Below, piece by piece: positions 1 through 9,744 of a DNA stretch of 64,000 nucleotides. The stretch is from Myxococcota bacterium (GTDB taxonomy: Bacteria > Myxococcota_A > UBA796). Location of the stretch: contig JAQXDW010000045.1 of assembly GCA_029251165.1 (NCBI GenBank), positions 290 through 64,289 on the forward strand, in the 5' to 3' direction. The notes under the pieces are model-generated. The model did not search any database. It saw only the letters and a list, made by a program, of their open reading frames with translations, and was not told where the DNA came from. The number at the start of each line of letters is the position of its first letter. Position 1 is the first letter of the stretch. Both the position numbers and the translations under genes were made by a program.

Positions 1-149
1 GTGTGGTGGAGTACGGCAGTCTGGATCGGAGTCGTGGGCCTCACAGCACCGGTGCATGCTGCGGTCTCTGGGCTGGTGCTTGGCGGGCTGTCCCATCGTC
101 ATGGGGTCTTGGTTGCGATCCTGGCGGCGCTGATCTGGAGGGTGGCTGG

Positions 150-887
150 ATGAGGGTTCATCAGCTGGGTGAGGCTGGACATGAGATCCTGGCGCTCCAC
201 GGATTCACCGGGAGCGGCATGGACTTCGAGGCGCTGGTGCCCCACCTGTCGGTCGGAATGCTGGCACCCGATCTGCCCGGTCACCTCGGGACACCACCGA
301 TGAGCATGCCCGAGGCCGTTGCTGCGCTGGCGCCCCTGGCGGAGGGGCGGGTGGTGATGGGCTACTCAATGGGAGGACGGACCGCGCTCCAGCTTGCCTG
401 TGCGGTGCCGGTTCGCGCGCTGGTGTTGATCGGCGCGACCCCTGGGATTGCGGATCTGGAGGCGAGGCGCGCCCGCCGGCTGGCGGATGCGTCGCTGGCG
501 AGACACATCGAGGCCTGCGGGGTCGAGGCGTTCCTGGCGGAGTGGATGAACAAGCCGATCATCGCCAGCCAGCAGCGCATACCGAGCCCGTGGCGAGAGC
601 GAATAATGACACGAAAGAGCCGCCACTCTGCGACCGGCCTCGCGGGAAGCCTGCTGGGGATGGGGACCGGATCGATGGCGTCGGTCTGGGGTTGTCTACC
701 GACCACTCCGATGCTGCTTGTGGTTGGAGAGGAAGATCGTAAATTCATGGCGATAGCGCAGTCTGTGGCCGAAGCGGCGGCTGGAGCTGAGGTCGCGGTG
801 GTCTCAGGCGTCGGACACTGCGCGCACCTGGAGGCGATCGAGCGAACCGCTTCGGTGATTCATCGTTTCCTTCAACGCCTTGGTTGA
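150..887 (+). CDS. alpha/beta-fold hydrolase (MenH-like esterase/thioesterase family)
   Basis: ORF 3..887 begins at a GTG; the first in-frame ATG is at 150 (MRVHQLG). It carries an HGFTGSG oxyanion region and a GYSMGGRTALQLA nucleophile elbow (GxSxG), as in alpha/beta hydrolases. It is convergent with the ligase gene downstream. Confidence 0.6.
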   Translation: MRVHQLGEAGHEILALHGFTGSGMDFEALVPHLSVGMLAPDLPGHLGTPPMSMPEAVAALAPLAEGRVVMGYSMGGRTALQLACAVPVRALVLIGATPGIADLEARRARRLADASLARHIEACGVEAFLAEWMNKPIIASQQRIPSPWRERIMTRKSRHSATGLAGSLLGMGTGSMASVWGCLPTTPMLLVVGEEDRKFMAIAQSVAEAAAGAEVAVVSGVGHCAHLEAIERTASVIHRFLQRLG

Positions 888-1080
888 GCGTAGAATTGAT
901 GTGTAACGGTCTGAATGTTGTTTTATGTTACGGGTGTTTCGCTGGCGTTCCGTCACATATGATGTCGCGGCCGTGCTGTGTCTCCGAGTGTCCCGGACGC
1001 GAGGATGGTCCGCGTACACCTTGTTGCCGTGGATTCTTCTCCCAGGCAGTCGACCTCCAGCAGCCGGAGCATCGCCCCGC

Positions 1081-2517
1081 TCACCGACCGCTCAGCATGG
1101 CCTCCAGCCGACGACGATCCACCTTTGCGTTGTGCCGTGGGTCCACCGGAACGGCCTCGACCTCGACCACCCGCACGCCACCTGCAGCCTCGGTGACCAT
1201 TGCCTCCCATCCCGCTGGGGCTCCGCTGACCGCACACGCCAGCACCGCCTCTCCGGCGACCTCCGCCAGCCCTGCCTTCACCACAAACGGCAGCAGCTCT
1301 GCGGGGGCCTCGACCTGCATCGGCCACACCCCACCGACCCGGCCTCCGGCGCGTCCCACCAGCCACAGCCGTCCGTCCGCGTCTCGGTAGCCAGCATCTC
1401 CGGTGCGGTGCCACACCCGGCCATTCTCGCGGACCTTGTTCTCTGCGTCGGCCTCGGGGTCCTGGTCGTATCCCTGGTTTACATGGGGGCCCGCGACGAG
1501 GATCTCGTCTTCATCGAGCCGCACCTGGAGCTGTCGAACCGGCTGCCCGACCAGCGCGCCTCGGCCGCTGCGGGCGCCGTCTTCTAAATCCTGGAGGTTC
1601 TCTCGTACCGGCAGCACTGCGATGGGCTCGGCCTCCGTGGAGCCATACACGATTGAAATCTCTGCTTCTGGTGCGGCTCTACACAGCGCCTTGAGCATCC
1701 CGACGGGAACCCTGGCACCGCCGGTGTGGAGGTGCTCCAGCCCGGAGAGGCACTCGCCACGCTCCAGGAGGCGTCGGGCGAGGGGGCCGAAGAACGCCGG
1801 AGAGCCAGAGATGCTGGTCACACCAACCGTGCGGATTTGGTCGATCAGGCGGTCGGGATCCACGTCGCCTGGACGGCGCAGATCGGCATCCGCCAGCACA
1901 CAGGTCGCGCCGCTGGCAAGGGAGTGGAGCAGGAAGACCGGCAGGGTCGGCATGTCGACGTCGCCTGGTGCCAGCCGGAGGTGCTCGGCGAGGATGCGGT
2001 GCTGGGTGAGCAGGAAGGCATGCGAGCGCGCGATGGCCTTGGGGGTGCCGGTGGTGCCGGTGGTGAACGTCAGCAGGGCAGGGTGATCACCGGGGTCGAC
2101 CGGCGGGATGACGCCCTGGATTTGGCTGAGCCTGCGGTGCGGTATCGGGATGAAGCCGGTCGAGACGTACAGCCCAAGTCCCCGCAGCGGACGAAGCTTG
2201 AGACGGAGGAGGTGGGCCCTGGGAGAGCCGATCATCGCCACAGGGGCATGTCGGGTGAGGATCGTGGAGATTGGTGCCGAGGGATCGATGAGCACCGCGG
2301 TTGCACCGACATGAAACAGGGCGAGCAGGGCGACGTACAGCTCGATGCTCATCGGAACGAGGAGGACCACCCGATCGCCTGGCCGCAGTCCGAGGTCCAC
2401 CAGCCCCCCAGCCACAGTCCCGACCCGCTGGCGGAGGGCTGTGAAGCTGAGTGTTCGACCATCGGGCTCGATGATTGCCGGTCGTTCGGCGTCCTGGAGG
2501 AGCGCGACGATGTTCAC
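1081..2517 (-). CDS. AMP-dependent synthetase/ligase (acyl-CoA or acyl-ACP ligase family)
   Basis: 478 aa. The AMP-binding signature LTFTTGTTGTPKAIARSH (T[SG]G[ST]TGxPK) is present. Its ATG overlaps the stop of the upstream GNAT-like gene (2514..2517), which suggests an operon. Confidence 0.8.
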   Translation of the reverse strand: MNIVALLQDAERPAIIEPDGRTLSFTALRQRVGTVAGGLVDLGLRPGDRVVLLVPMSIELYVALLALFHVGATAVLIDPSAPISTILTRHAPVAMIGSPRAHLLRLKLRPLRGLGLYVSTGFIPIPHRRLSQIQGVIPPVDPGDHPALLTFTTGTTGTPKAIARSHAFLLTQHRILAEHLRLAPGDVDMPTLPVFLLHSLASGATCVLADADLRRPGDVDPDRLIDQIRTVGVTSISGSPAFFGPLARRLLERGECLSGLEHLHTGGARVPVGMLKALCRAAPEAEISIVYGSTEAEPIAVLPVRENLQDLEDGARSGRGALVGQPVRQLQVRLDEDEILVAGPHVNQGYDQDPEADAENKVRENGRVWHRTGDAGYRDADGRLWLVGRAGGRVGGVWPMQVEAPAELLPFVVKAGLAEVAGEAVLACAVSGAPAGWEAMVTEAAGGVRVVEVEAVPVDPRHNAKVDRRRLEAMLSGR

Positions 2518-3338
2518 AGCGTCTTCTCAAACAAGACGTACTCTCGAATCCGCTCGCCGAGATCGCGAGAGATGCGCTGAGAGCGGTTGCCGTGTGCCAT
2601 CAGGGCATGGACTCCGCCGCCAGAGAAGCCCAGCGCAGCGCCGACTCGGTGCGTCTCTCCGACCAGCCAGCTTCCCAGTCCCAGCCCGCGAAATGCTGGC
2701 ATCACTGCAAGGGTCTTGATGACGAATTCCCCACGCTGTGGGCTGAAGGCATCGGGGTAGCTGAAGCAGAAGCCGCCCGGAGCACCGCTCGGTGAGCGGG
2801 CGAGCAGGGTGAGCTGCGGGGTGAGCAGCGGACGCACCGGAGCGTAGAGGGCTCCGAATGATTCACGGTCGATGGGGGTGTAGAAGGCGCTGTCGCCAAA
2901 CGAGGCCAGCGACATCTGCCAGAACAGATCCAGCGCGGACTCAAAGTCTCCCAGCGCGGTGAGATCCTCCAGCTGCCAGCCGGCAGCGCGCAGCGTGGTG
3001 TCTCGCTGGCGCGTGGCGGTGATCTGGGGAGTGTTTTCAGCATGGATCGAGGCGTAACGGTGCGCTTCGCTGTATCCTGCAGCCCGCCACGGGGCAGGGG
3101 AGGCGGTCGGCTCACCTGGAAAGTATGGCCGCTCGTTGGGGCCGATGTTGGCGCGGTACGCCGACCAGGTCGAGCCCGAGAGCGGGCCGAGCGCATGCGT
3201 GCAGCCGGCAGCACGCAGCCAGTCCTCTGCGGCCGTCAGCTCGCCGAGCGGATCGTCACTGGTCGGCGCACCGATACAGCCGACGGGGTGCAGGCCAGGA
3301 TTGACCCAGGCAGACAGCGGGGCGGGGGCAGTGCGCAT
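2514..3338 (-). CDS. GNAT-fold acyltransferase (candidate N-acyl amino acid / OlsB-like N-acyltransferase)
   Basis: 274 aa. The C-terminal region KTLAVMPAFRGLGLGSWLVGE resembles GNAT motif A (R/Q-x-x-G-x-G/A). It is translationally coupled to the AMP-ligase. The substrate is not inferable from sequence alone. Confidence 0.5.
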   Translation of the reverse strand: MRTAPAPLSAWVNPGLHPVGCIGAPTSDDPLGELTAAEDWLRAAGCTHALGPLSGSTWSAYRANIGPNERPYFPGEPTASPAPWRAAGYSEAHRYASIHAENTPQITATRQRDTTLRAAGWQLEDLTALGDFESALDLFWQMSLASFGDSAFYTPIDRESFGALYAPVRPLLTPQLTLLARSPSGAPGGFCFSYPDAFSPQRGEFVIKTLAVMPAFRGLGLGSWLVGETHRVGAALGFSGGGVHALMAHGNRSQRISRDLGERIREYVLFEKTL

Positions 3339-3360
3339 GGCTCAGTTTACTACTGACCGC

Positions 3361-5037
3361 TCAGAGCGTGATCTCGAAGGCGCTGTAGCTGGTGGTGGTG
3401 TTTCGAGGGAAGACCACCGCGCGGAGCTGACGGGCGAGGCAGTCGCGGACGGTGGTGTCTCCGCTGGTTACATCCAGGCCGATGAGCACGCCGAGCGGAG
3501 AGACATAGCCTCGGAGGCTCGTCTCGCTGGTGATGCAGGTGTCGACCCCGGTCCGAACGGGCTCGATCGCGTTGGTTACCTCGACGAGGCTCAGATCCGA
3601 TCGCGAGTCGGAGGCGACGGGCCGGAAGGTCATCTCGTCGGTCAGCTCCAGTCGCGGCGTGAGGACCAGCAGCTCTCCCTCGGGGACCGTGACCTCTTCC
3701 TCCCAGCTCTGGAAGCCGCTCGCCTCGATGCGCACGGTGAACGGCTCATCGATCGGGAAGGCCTCGTGGATATCGATCACCCCGCCCAGGCCCAGCGTCT
3801 GACCATCGATCACGATGTCTCCGGTCGGTGGGTCGGCGCGGACAACGAGGTGGGTCTGGGTGGAGGTTGCCATGTGCTGAAGCCCAGCGAGCAGGGGAAA
3901 GCCAACGAGGGCGGCCACTGTGAGCACCGCTCCGACGGTCAGCAGCTGCTTGATGTAGACCTTCCGTCGGATCTCGATGAGCACGGTCCGGTTGCCGCAG
4001 CGACGGGTGGCGATGGTCACCTGGACCTCGCCCCGATCCTCGGGCATCGCCATCGGATCGACGGTGACGGTGATGGTCTGCTCGGGCTGGCGGGGATCGA
4101 GCGTGGCCGGAGAGGCGCTCGCCCAGGGCTGATCGACCCGGATCGTGCCGGCCATCTCTCCGCGACCGGTGTTCTTCACCACGATGGAGAGGTTGAGCGG
4201 CTGTCGAGCCGGGCGGGGGCGGATGACATCGGGGGCTTCGACCACGAGCTTGGGAACAAGCAGGACCGGTCGGGTCCCTGTGACGACCGCTGCGACAGCC
4301 GCATCGAGCTCGGTGCTGGGCTCCTCGATGGACTCTGGAGTGATCGGTGCCAGCTCGCTGAGCGGCGGGGGCTCGGGGAAGATGCGCTGGTACTGGTAGT
4401 CGTACAGGCGACGACGCTCGGCATCTCCCAGCACCCACCACGCAGCCTCCAGCGCAGTGCTCAGGCGCCGAAACCGCTCGCGATCGGTGATGTTGTTGAT
4501 CCACTTCCGACGTCGCTTGTAGAACGTCTCCAGCTGCTCGTGCGGAAGGAGAGGGTGAATCCCCAGCGCGGAGTAGTGGTCCGGCAGCTCACCCGCGCGA
4601 ACCAGATCCTTCTCGGTGAGGATCCGATCCAGGCATCCCTCGGCGATGTCTGCGGGAATGCCGATTTGTTCTGCCTGCTTTGCAACTGCGATCTCCGCCA
4701 GCGGGGTGAACTCCCCGTGGATGAGCGCACCCAGGATGAACATCTCCAGCTGATCCAGGCCGCCGCTGCGGATCTGAGCGTCGATGAACCGGAGGTAGTC
4801 TGTCCGGCTCTGGAGGAGGAGGTCTCGGAGACGGCTGAAGTTTTGGATGAACCAGGTCGCTTCGGCGCGGTCCTGGGAATTGTCCTGCTGGCCCTGTGCC
4901 CAGCTGTGACGATCCTCAAGGCCGGCTTCGCTCTCTCGGATCGAGGCTGTTGGCTTAATCCTCAGGTATGCGAAGAGCGTCGGTGACTCAAAGCGCGCCA
5001 GGTCAGTGTGCAGCTGCTCAAATGTACGGAAATCCAT
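3361..5037 (-). CDS. membrane protein with degenerate J-like domain (no HPD), one TM segment and a PEGA-like C-terminal domain
   Basis: 558 aa. DHYSALGIHPLLPHEQLETFYKRRRKWINNITDRERFRRLSTALEAAWWVLGDAERRRLYD aligns to the DnaJ J-domain consensus, but HPD is replaced by ITD. A hydrophobic helix (LLTVGAVLTVAALVGFPLLAGL) follows. The C-terminus VVRADPPTGDIVIDGQTLG...TVRIEASGF is PEGA-like. The gene lies 22 nt upstream of the GNAT gene on the same strand. Confidence 0.5.
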   Translation of the reverse strand: MDFRTFEQLHTDLARFESPTLFAYLRIKPTASIRESEAGLEDRHSWAQGQQDNSQDRAEATWFIQNFSRLRDLLLQSRTDYLRFIDAQIRSGGLDQLEMFILGALIHGEFTPLAEIAVAKQAEQIGIPADIAEGCLDRILTEKDLVRAGELPDHYSALGIHPLLPHEQLETFYKRRRKWINNITDRERFRRLSTALEAAWWVLGDAERRRLYDYQYQRIFPEPPPLSELAPITPESIEEPSTELDAAVAAVVTGTRPVLLVPKLVVEAPDVIRPRPARQPLNLSIVVKNTGRGEMAGTIRVDQPWASASPATLDPRQPEQTITVTVDPMAMPEDRGEVQVTIATRRCGNRTVLIEIRRKVYIKQLLTVGAVLTVAALVGFPLLAGLQHMATSTQTHLVVRADPPTGDIVIDGQTLGLGGVIDIHEAFPIDEPFTVRIEASGFQSWEEEVTVPEGELLVLTPRLELTDEMTFRPVASDSRSDLSLVEVTNAIEPVRTGVDTCITSETSLRGYVSPLGVLIGLDVTSGDTTVRDCLARQLRAVVFPRNTTTSYSAFEITL

Positions 5038-5203
5038 TGTGGGACGGATCTACCTGAGCAGACGAGGGACCCGCAAGCTGCTCCTGCCCTTGAGAATGTC
5101 ATGAGTCTGTGGTCCGTTGACATCGGTGGTTGGTCGCACAACAGCGCAGCCTCTGTCGCTTCAGACTTTACCGGGAGCGCTGGACTGGGCATCATGGCTT
5201 CAG

Positions 5204-6712
5204 ATGTCGCGGTTCTACCACTTTACTGTCAGCACTCTCCGGTTCATCGTCCGGCGATACTTCCGCGAGGTCGAGGTCATCGGCCTGGAGCACCTGCCGG
5301 AAGACGGGGGCGGCATGCTGGTCTCTTGGCATCCCAACGGCATGATCGATCCGGGCCTCATCCTCACCCACTTCCCCCGGCAGGTCATCTTCGGTGCGCG
5401 TGATGGGCTGTTCCGATGGCCTGGCCTGGGCTGGATGATGAAGAAGATGGGGGCGGTTCCCATCTACCGGGCGATGGATCAGCAGCGCGCGGATCCTGAG
5501 GCGCGCCGGAAGGCCAACAACAAGAGCCTCAATGCGCTGGCGAGTGCGGTCGCGCAGGGGCGGTATTCCTGTCTGTTCCCCGAAGGCGACAGCCACGACT
5601 CTCCCAACCTGCTCGACCTCAAGACCGGCGCGGCACGCTTCTACTACCAGGCCCGAACGCTGAAGGCGGAGGGAAGCGAGGATCCGGTTATTATCCCGGT
5701 TGGTCTTCACTATGACGCCAAGCGGACGTTTCGTTCGAGTGTCCTGATCGCCTTTCATCCACCGATCTCGCTGTCGGAGTACCTGGGATCTCTGCCGGAG
5801 CCCGACGAGCCGCCTCAGCTGCTCAAGGAGCGCTATCGGGCACTGACCACGGAGATCGAGCGGGTGCTTCGTGAGGTGGTCCATGCCACGGAGAGCTGGG
5901 ATCTTCACTACCTGATGCATCGGGTCCGCAAGCTCTCGCGGGCGGAGCGAGGGGTTCGGGCTGGTGCGGAGCTCGACAAGCCGATGATGGCAGAGCGGAC
6001 GCTGGGCTTTGCCCGGGTCTGGGCGGGCTACTACACTCGGCTGGAGAGCCACCCAGAGCAGGTCGCGGTCCTCCGGTCGCGTCTGTCGGAGTATGATCAG
6101 GATCTCCGGGCGCTGGGGCTGGAGGATCACGAACTGGACAAGCCGCCCCGCCTGGCGAGTCCCTGGCTGGCTGCGATTCTTGCGCTACAGGTCGTCCTGG
6201 TGTTCTTCCTGCTGCCGCCGATTCTTCTGGTCGGCTACATCGTCAACCTTCCGCCGGCCCTGGGGCTGCTCGTGCTCTCCAAGAAGTTCTCCCGGCGCAG
6301 GAAGGACGAGTCCTCCATCAAGCTGATGTTCGGGGTCATCGCCTTCCCGGTCACCTGGCTCGCGGCGGGCATCGGGGCGGGCCTGACCCATTGGTGGCTG
6401 CACGAGCTGTTTCCCCGGATCCCCAACACCCCCGCCCTCGCTGGGCTGGTGGTGGTGCTGCTGGCGATATTCGGCGGGATGGTTGCGCTGCGGTACATCC
6501 GGCTGGCTCGGGAGACCGGCCGAGCGGTTCGGATTCGGCTGACCCGCGCGCGGCGCAGGCTGGCCCTGGCGCGGCTGCGGGTGGAGCGCTCGGAGCTGTA
6601 TGATGCGATCATGATGTTGGTGGGTGACCTCGATCTGCCTGGTGCTGTTCGTCCCGATGGCAAGGTCGTCTCAGATGAGCAGAACCAGCGCGCCAAAGGC
6701 TGGCTGAAGTAA
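5204..6712 (+). CDS. PlsC-family (lysophospholipid/glycerolipid) acyltransferase with a C-terminal multi-TM extension
   Basis: Acyltransferase motif I HPNGMIDPG (H-x4-D) and motif III FPEGDSHDSP are present. The C-terminal ~250 aa contains several hydrophobic helices. The start is taken at ATG 5204 (MSRFYHF); the ORF-track start at 5117 is a TTG. The gene is divergent from the 5037..1081 operon. Confidence 0.7.
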   Translation: MSRFYHFTVSTLRFIVRRYFREVEVIGLEHLPEDGGGMLVSWHPNGMIDPGLILTHFPRQVIFGARDGLFRWPGLGWMMKKMGAVPIYRAMDQQRADPEARRKANNKSLNALASAVAQGRYSCLFPEGDSHDSPNLLDLKTGAARFYYQARTLKAEGSEDPVIIPVGLHYDAKRTFRSSVLIAFHPPISLSEYLGSLPEPDEPPQLLKERYRALTTEIERVLREVVHATESWDLHYLMHRVRKLSRAERGVRAGAELDKPMMAERTLGFARVWAGYYTRLESHPEQVAVLRSRLSEYDQDLRALGLEDHELDKPPRLASPWLAAILALQVVLVFFLLPPILLVGYIVNLPPALGLLVLSKKFSRRRKDESSIKLMFGVIAFPVTWLAAGIGAGLTHWWLHELFPRIPNTPALAGLVVVLLAIFGGMVALRYIRLARETGRAVRIRLTRARRRLALARLRVERSELYDAIMMLVGDLDLPGAVRPDGKVVSDEQNQRAKGWLK

Positions 6713-7059
6713 TGCTGATCCTTCTGCTGGCCTGTGAGGGTGCGCCGTCGGACTCGGCTGCTCGGCTCGATGAGGTCCCAACGGTGCGTCCTGCGGAGTG
6801 CGCGGACGCACCGTCGGTGACCTGGGATGGGTGGGGAGAGGGGTTCGCCACGACGTGGTGCCAGCCATGTCACTCCGCGACGACCGAGGAGCGGAATGGT
6901 GCGCCGCCCGGCGTGGACTTCGACACGGAGGCGGAGCTGCGGTTCTGGTCTGATGCGGTTCGTCGGACGGTGCTGGAGGACGGCACCATGCCGGTAGGGG
7001 GAGGCGTCTCGGAGACGAACGCAGCGCTGCTGGAGATCCTGCTGGACTGTGGGCTGTGA
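6712..7059 (+). CDS. small lipoprotein with a CxxCH motif (PSCyt1-like, planctomycete-cytochrome-C-like domain)
   Basis: The ATG overlaps the TAA of the PlsC-like gene (TAATG). A lipobox LLLAC is present. WCQPCHS is a CxxCH motif, followed by a ...MPVGGG... segment similar to the 18301 protein. Confidence 0.5.
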   Translation: MLILLLACEGAPSDSAARLDEVPTVRPAECADAPSVTWDGWGEGFATTWCQPCHSATTEERNGAPPGVDFDTEAELRFWSDAVRRTVLEDGTMPVGGGVSETNAALLEILLDCGL

Positions 7060-7243
7060 TGTGCACGGCTGCGAATGCGGCAGCTGCAGTGTGCCCTCGA
7101 CGCATCTCAGCGCGGTTTTTTTCCCTGTCGAGTCGCCCTCATCGAGCCCTCGCTGGTCCTGTGCCGGCGCCGTGGCGGGCATCGCCCCACACTCCGGCAC
7201 TGAATGTGGCAGCACAACGCTGGTTCAGCGGTATGATTGTCCC

Positions 7244-8083
7244 ATGTGGCTGATGCTTGCCTGCCAGCCGGATCCGAGTCCGGCACCACCCTCCGATACC
7301 TCCACCATCTCCTCCTCAGAGACCGCTGAGCCAGCGCCGGAGGTGGTTGTCGAGATTCCTGCGCCTGTGCTGTCTGCGGAGGGCGTCGCGGCGGCCATCG
7401 AGTCGGTCTTCGTCAGCGGAATGCCCAGTCCGCTCCTGCCGAGACGGATCTACCTGGAGTCCTTCGCTGGTCGAGACTCCAGCTGTCCTGGCGGCAAGGG
7501 CTACAACCTGCCCGGGGCCTTCCAGGGCTGTGTCGCGGAGAGCGGCTGGCTGTATGCGGGGGTCGCGGAGTATGACGGCAGCGTCGATCCGGACGACCTT
7601 CGGGACTTCAGTCTGCTTGCGGACTGCTACATGATCGATCCGGACGGCAATTGGTTCGTCGCTGCCGGGGAGCTGCTGCTGGAGCACAGCGGAGATGAGA
7701 ACGGCGGGATGCTACACGCAGAGCTGAGCGGGACCTACAGCTTTGCCCCGGCGGGCGGCTGGATGGCTCCAGCGGGTGCCGGCGCGGTGCTCAGCCAGAG
7801 CGCTGCCTGGGATCACACGGGCTGGCAGCTCGCCATCGACGGTGTGGTCACCGACGGGACCACCTCCGTTCGCCTGGAGGATCTCTCGGTGAGCAGCGGA
7901 GAGTGTGCTGGCGTGCCCTCAGGGGTCTACGGGCTGCGCGGGGATGGCGGCTACTGGTACACCCTGGCGGGTGAGGACTGCGGCTGCGGGATGGTCACCT
8001 GGGCAGACGGCTCGCAGCTGGGCGAGGCCTGCGTGGATCTCTCCGCAGCATCCGCTGGACTCATCGAGGCGGTGCGCCAGTGA
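7244..8083 (+). CDS. hypothetical lipoprotein
   Basis: ORF 7049..8083; the internal ATG at 7244 gives MWLMLAC with a lipobox. The stop overlaps the next start (ATGA at 8080..8083). Confidence 0.45.
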   Translation: MWLMLACQPDPSPAPPSDTSTISSSETAEPAPEVVVEIPAPVLSAEGVAAAIESVFVSGMPSPLLPRRIYLESFAGRDSSCPGGKGYNLPGAFQGCVAESGWLYAGVAEYDGSVDPDDLRDFSLLADCYMIDPDGNWFVAAGELLLEHSGDENGGMLHAELSGTYSFAPAGGWMAPAGAGAVLSQSAAWDHTGWQLAIDGVVTDGTTSVRLEDLSVSSGECAGVPSGVYGLRGDGGYWYTLAGEDCGCGMVTWADGSQLGEACVDLSAASAGLIEAVRQ

Positions 8084-9744
8084 TCCTGCTCCTTCTTCTC
8101 TCCTGCGGTCAAGAGCGAACCCTCATCTGTATGGAGGGACACAGCCTGGGACCAGACGACGTCTGCTACCCCAACGACACCGCAGCACCCGACCCCCTCA
8201 CCCTCGACGACTCCGCCTACACCCGCCTCGATGCTCCCCGGCTGCTGCGCCGGATGAGCCTGGACCTGCTGGGCGTCCTGCCGCGCCAAGAGGCACTGGA
8301 TGCGGTGGAAGCCGATCCGTCGCAGCTTGCGGTCTATCGGGATGAATTCTTCCTGGACCCGCGCCTTGAGGAGCGCCTCGTCCTGCTGCTCTCAGAGCGG
8401 TGGCACACCCGGGTCGACGAGTTCCTGATCTTCTACCTGGAGTACCAGGAGCTGGCATTTGATGATGACAATGAGTATCCATTTGAGCGGTCGGTGGGAG
8501 AGGAGCCGCTGCGCCTGATGGCCCACGTCATCGCCAACGATCTGCCCTGGTCAGAGATCGTCACCGCCGACTACACCCTCGCCAATCCCCTGCTCGCGGA
8601 CATCTGGCCGATAGCCCATCCGGGCGGAGACGACTGGGCGGTCAGCACCTACACCGACGGACGACCCGCTGCCGGTGTGCTCTCTACAAACGGCCTGTGG
8701 TGGCGCTACTACAGCACCGTCACCAACTACAACCGGGCTCGGGTCGCTGCGATCACCCGCTTGCTGATCTGCGAGGACTATGCCTCTCGCTCGATCAGCT
8801 TCTCGGAGTCTGGAGCGCTGTCGGACGGGGCAGACCTTGAGGATGCGATCCGAGAGAGTCCGTACTGCATGGGGTGTCACTCCGCGATCGATCCGATCGC
8901 GGTGTCCCTGTTCGGGTTCTGGCCTGCGAACGAGTACAACATCCACGAGGTCGACGTCTACCACCCCGAGCGTGAGGCGATGGGGGCGGAGCTGCTGGGG
9001 GTCGAGGCGGAGTGGTATGGGGATCCGGTCTATGGTCTACACGAGCTGGGCCTGCACATCGCCGCCGATCCGCGCTTCTCCCGGTGCGCGGTGCAGAGCA
9101 TGGCGGAGCTGCTGTGGCGTCGGCCGATCGGGGTCGAGGACTTTGATCGCATCGAGCTCCTCCGGCAGGACCTGGAGTCTGCGGACCTGCGCATGCTCCC
9201 ACTGCTCACCGCAATCACCGACGACGCGGTCTACCAGGCCGGAGCCGTCGAGGGCAGCGACACGGCCGTCTCCACGCGCCTGATGACCCCCGATCAGCTC
9301 TCGGCCACGATCGCAGACCTCACCGGGTTCACCTGGACCTGGCGCGGCTTCGATCAGATGGACAACGACACCTACGGCTACCGCGCGCTGGCTGGCGGGG
9401 TGGATGGGGCCTACATCACCACGGCTCAGGAGTCTCCGGGCATGACCTGGGCGCTCGTCGTGCAGCGGCTCGCGGAGGCTGCGACCGGCTACGACCTCCG
9501 CAACGGACTGGCCAGCTCGACGATGCTTCAGGGAATCACTGAGGATGCCCGACCCGGCGATCCCGCGTTTGACCTCGTGCTCGACCAGCTGCACTGGCGG
9601 CTGTACGGGGTCCGACCAGATGATGCCTGGCGGTCTGATGTCTCGGCGCTCTGGGAGGCCATCTTCGCCAGCGAAGATGCCAAGACAGCCTGGCAGGCGG
9701 TGGCGGTGGCGATGCTGCGCGACCCAGCATTTGTGGGGTATTGA
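8080..9744 (+). CDS. DUF1549/DUF1553-type (PSCyt2/PSD1) lipoprotein with a CxxCH motif
   Basis: Lipobox LLLLSC. RRMSLDLLGVLPRQEAL matches the DUF1549 signature RRxxLDLxGxxP. YCMGCHSAIDPI matches the C-x2-CH...DP motif of DUF1553. The stop overlaps the next start at 9741. Confidence 0.65.
   Translation: MILLLLLSCGQERTLICMEGHSLGPDDVCYPNDTAAPDPLTLDDSAYTRLDAPRLLRRMSLDLLGVLPRQEALDAVEADPSQLAVYRDEFFLDPRLEERLVLLLSERWHTRVDEFLIFYLEYQELAFDDDNEYPFERSVGEEPLRLMAHVIANDLPWSEIVTADYTLANPLLADIWPIAHPGGDDWAVSTYTDGRPAAGVLSTNGLWWRYYSTVTNYNRARVAAITRLLICEDYASRSISFSESGALSDGADLEDAIRESPYCMGCHSAIDPIAVSLFGFWPANEYNIHEVDVYHPEREAMGAELLGVEAEWYGDPVYGLHELGLHIAADPRFSRCAVQSMAELLWRRPIGVEDFDRIELLRQDLESADLRMLPLLTAITDDAVYQAGAVEGSDTAVSTRLMTPDQLSATIADLTGFTWTWRGFDQMDNDTYGYRALAGGVDGAYITTAQESPGMTWALVVQRLAEAATGYDLRNGLASSTMLQGITEDARPGDPAFDLVLDQLHWRLYGVRPDDAWRSDVSALWEAIFASEDAKTAWQAVAVAMLRDPAFVGY

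Noticed and set aside
3136-4986. 616-aa plus-strand ORF
   Set aside because: It is antisense to the J-like/PEGA gene. It lacks any motif and is Gly/Asp/Arg-rich, while the minus strand carries a recognisable J-like domain, TM helix and PEGA domain.
5117-5203. Longer N-terminus for the PlsC-like acyltransferase
   Set aside because: The ORF-track start is a TTG with no SD. The first ATG at 5204 gives a conventional distance (~40 aa) to the H-x4-D motif. The longer form is kept only as an alternative.
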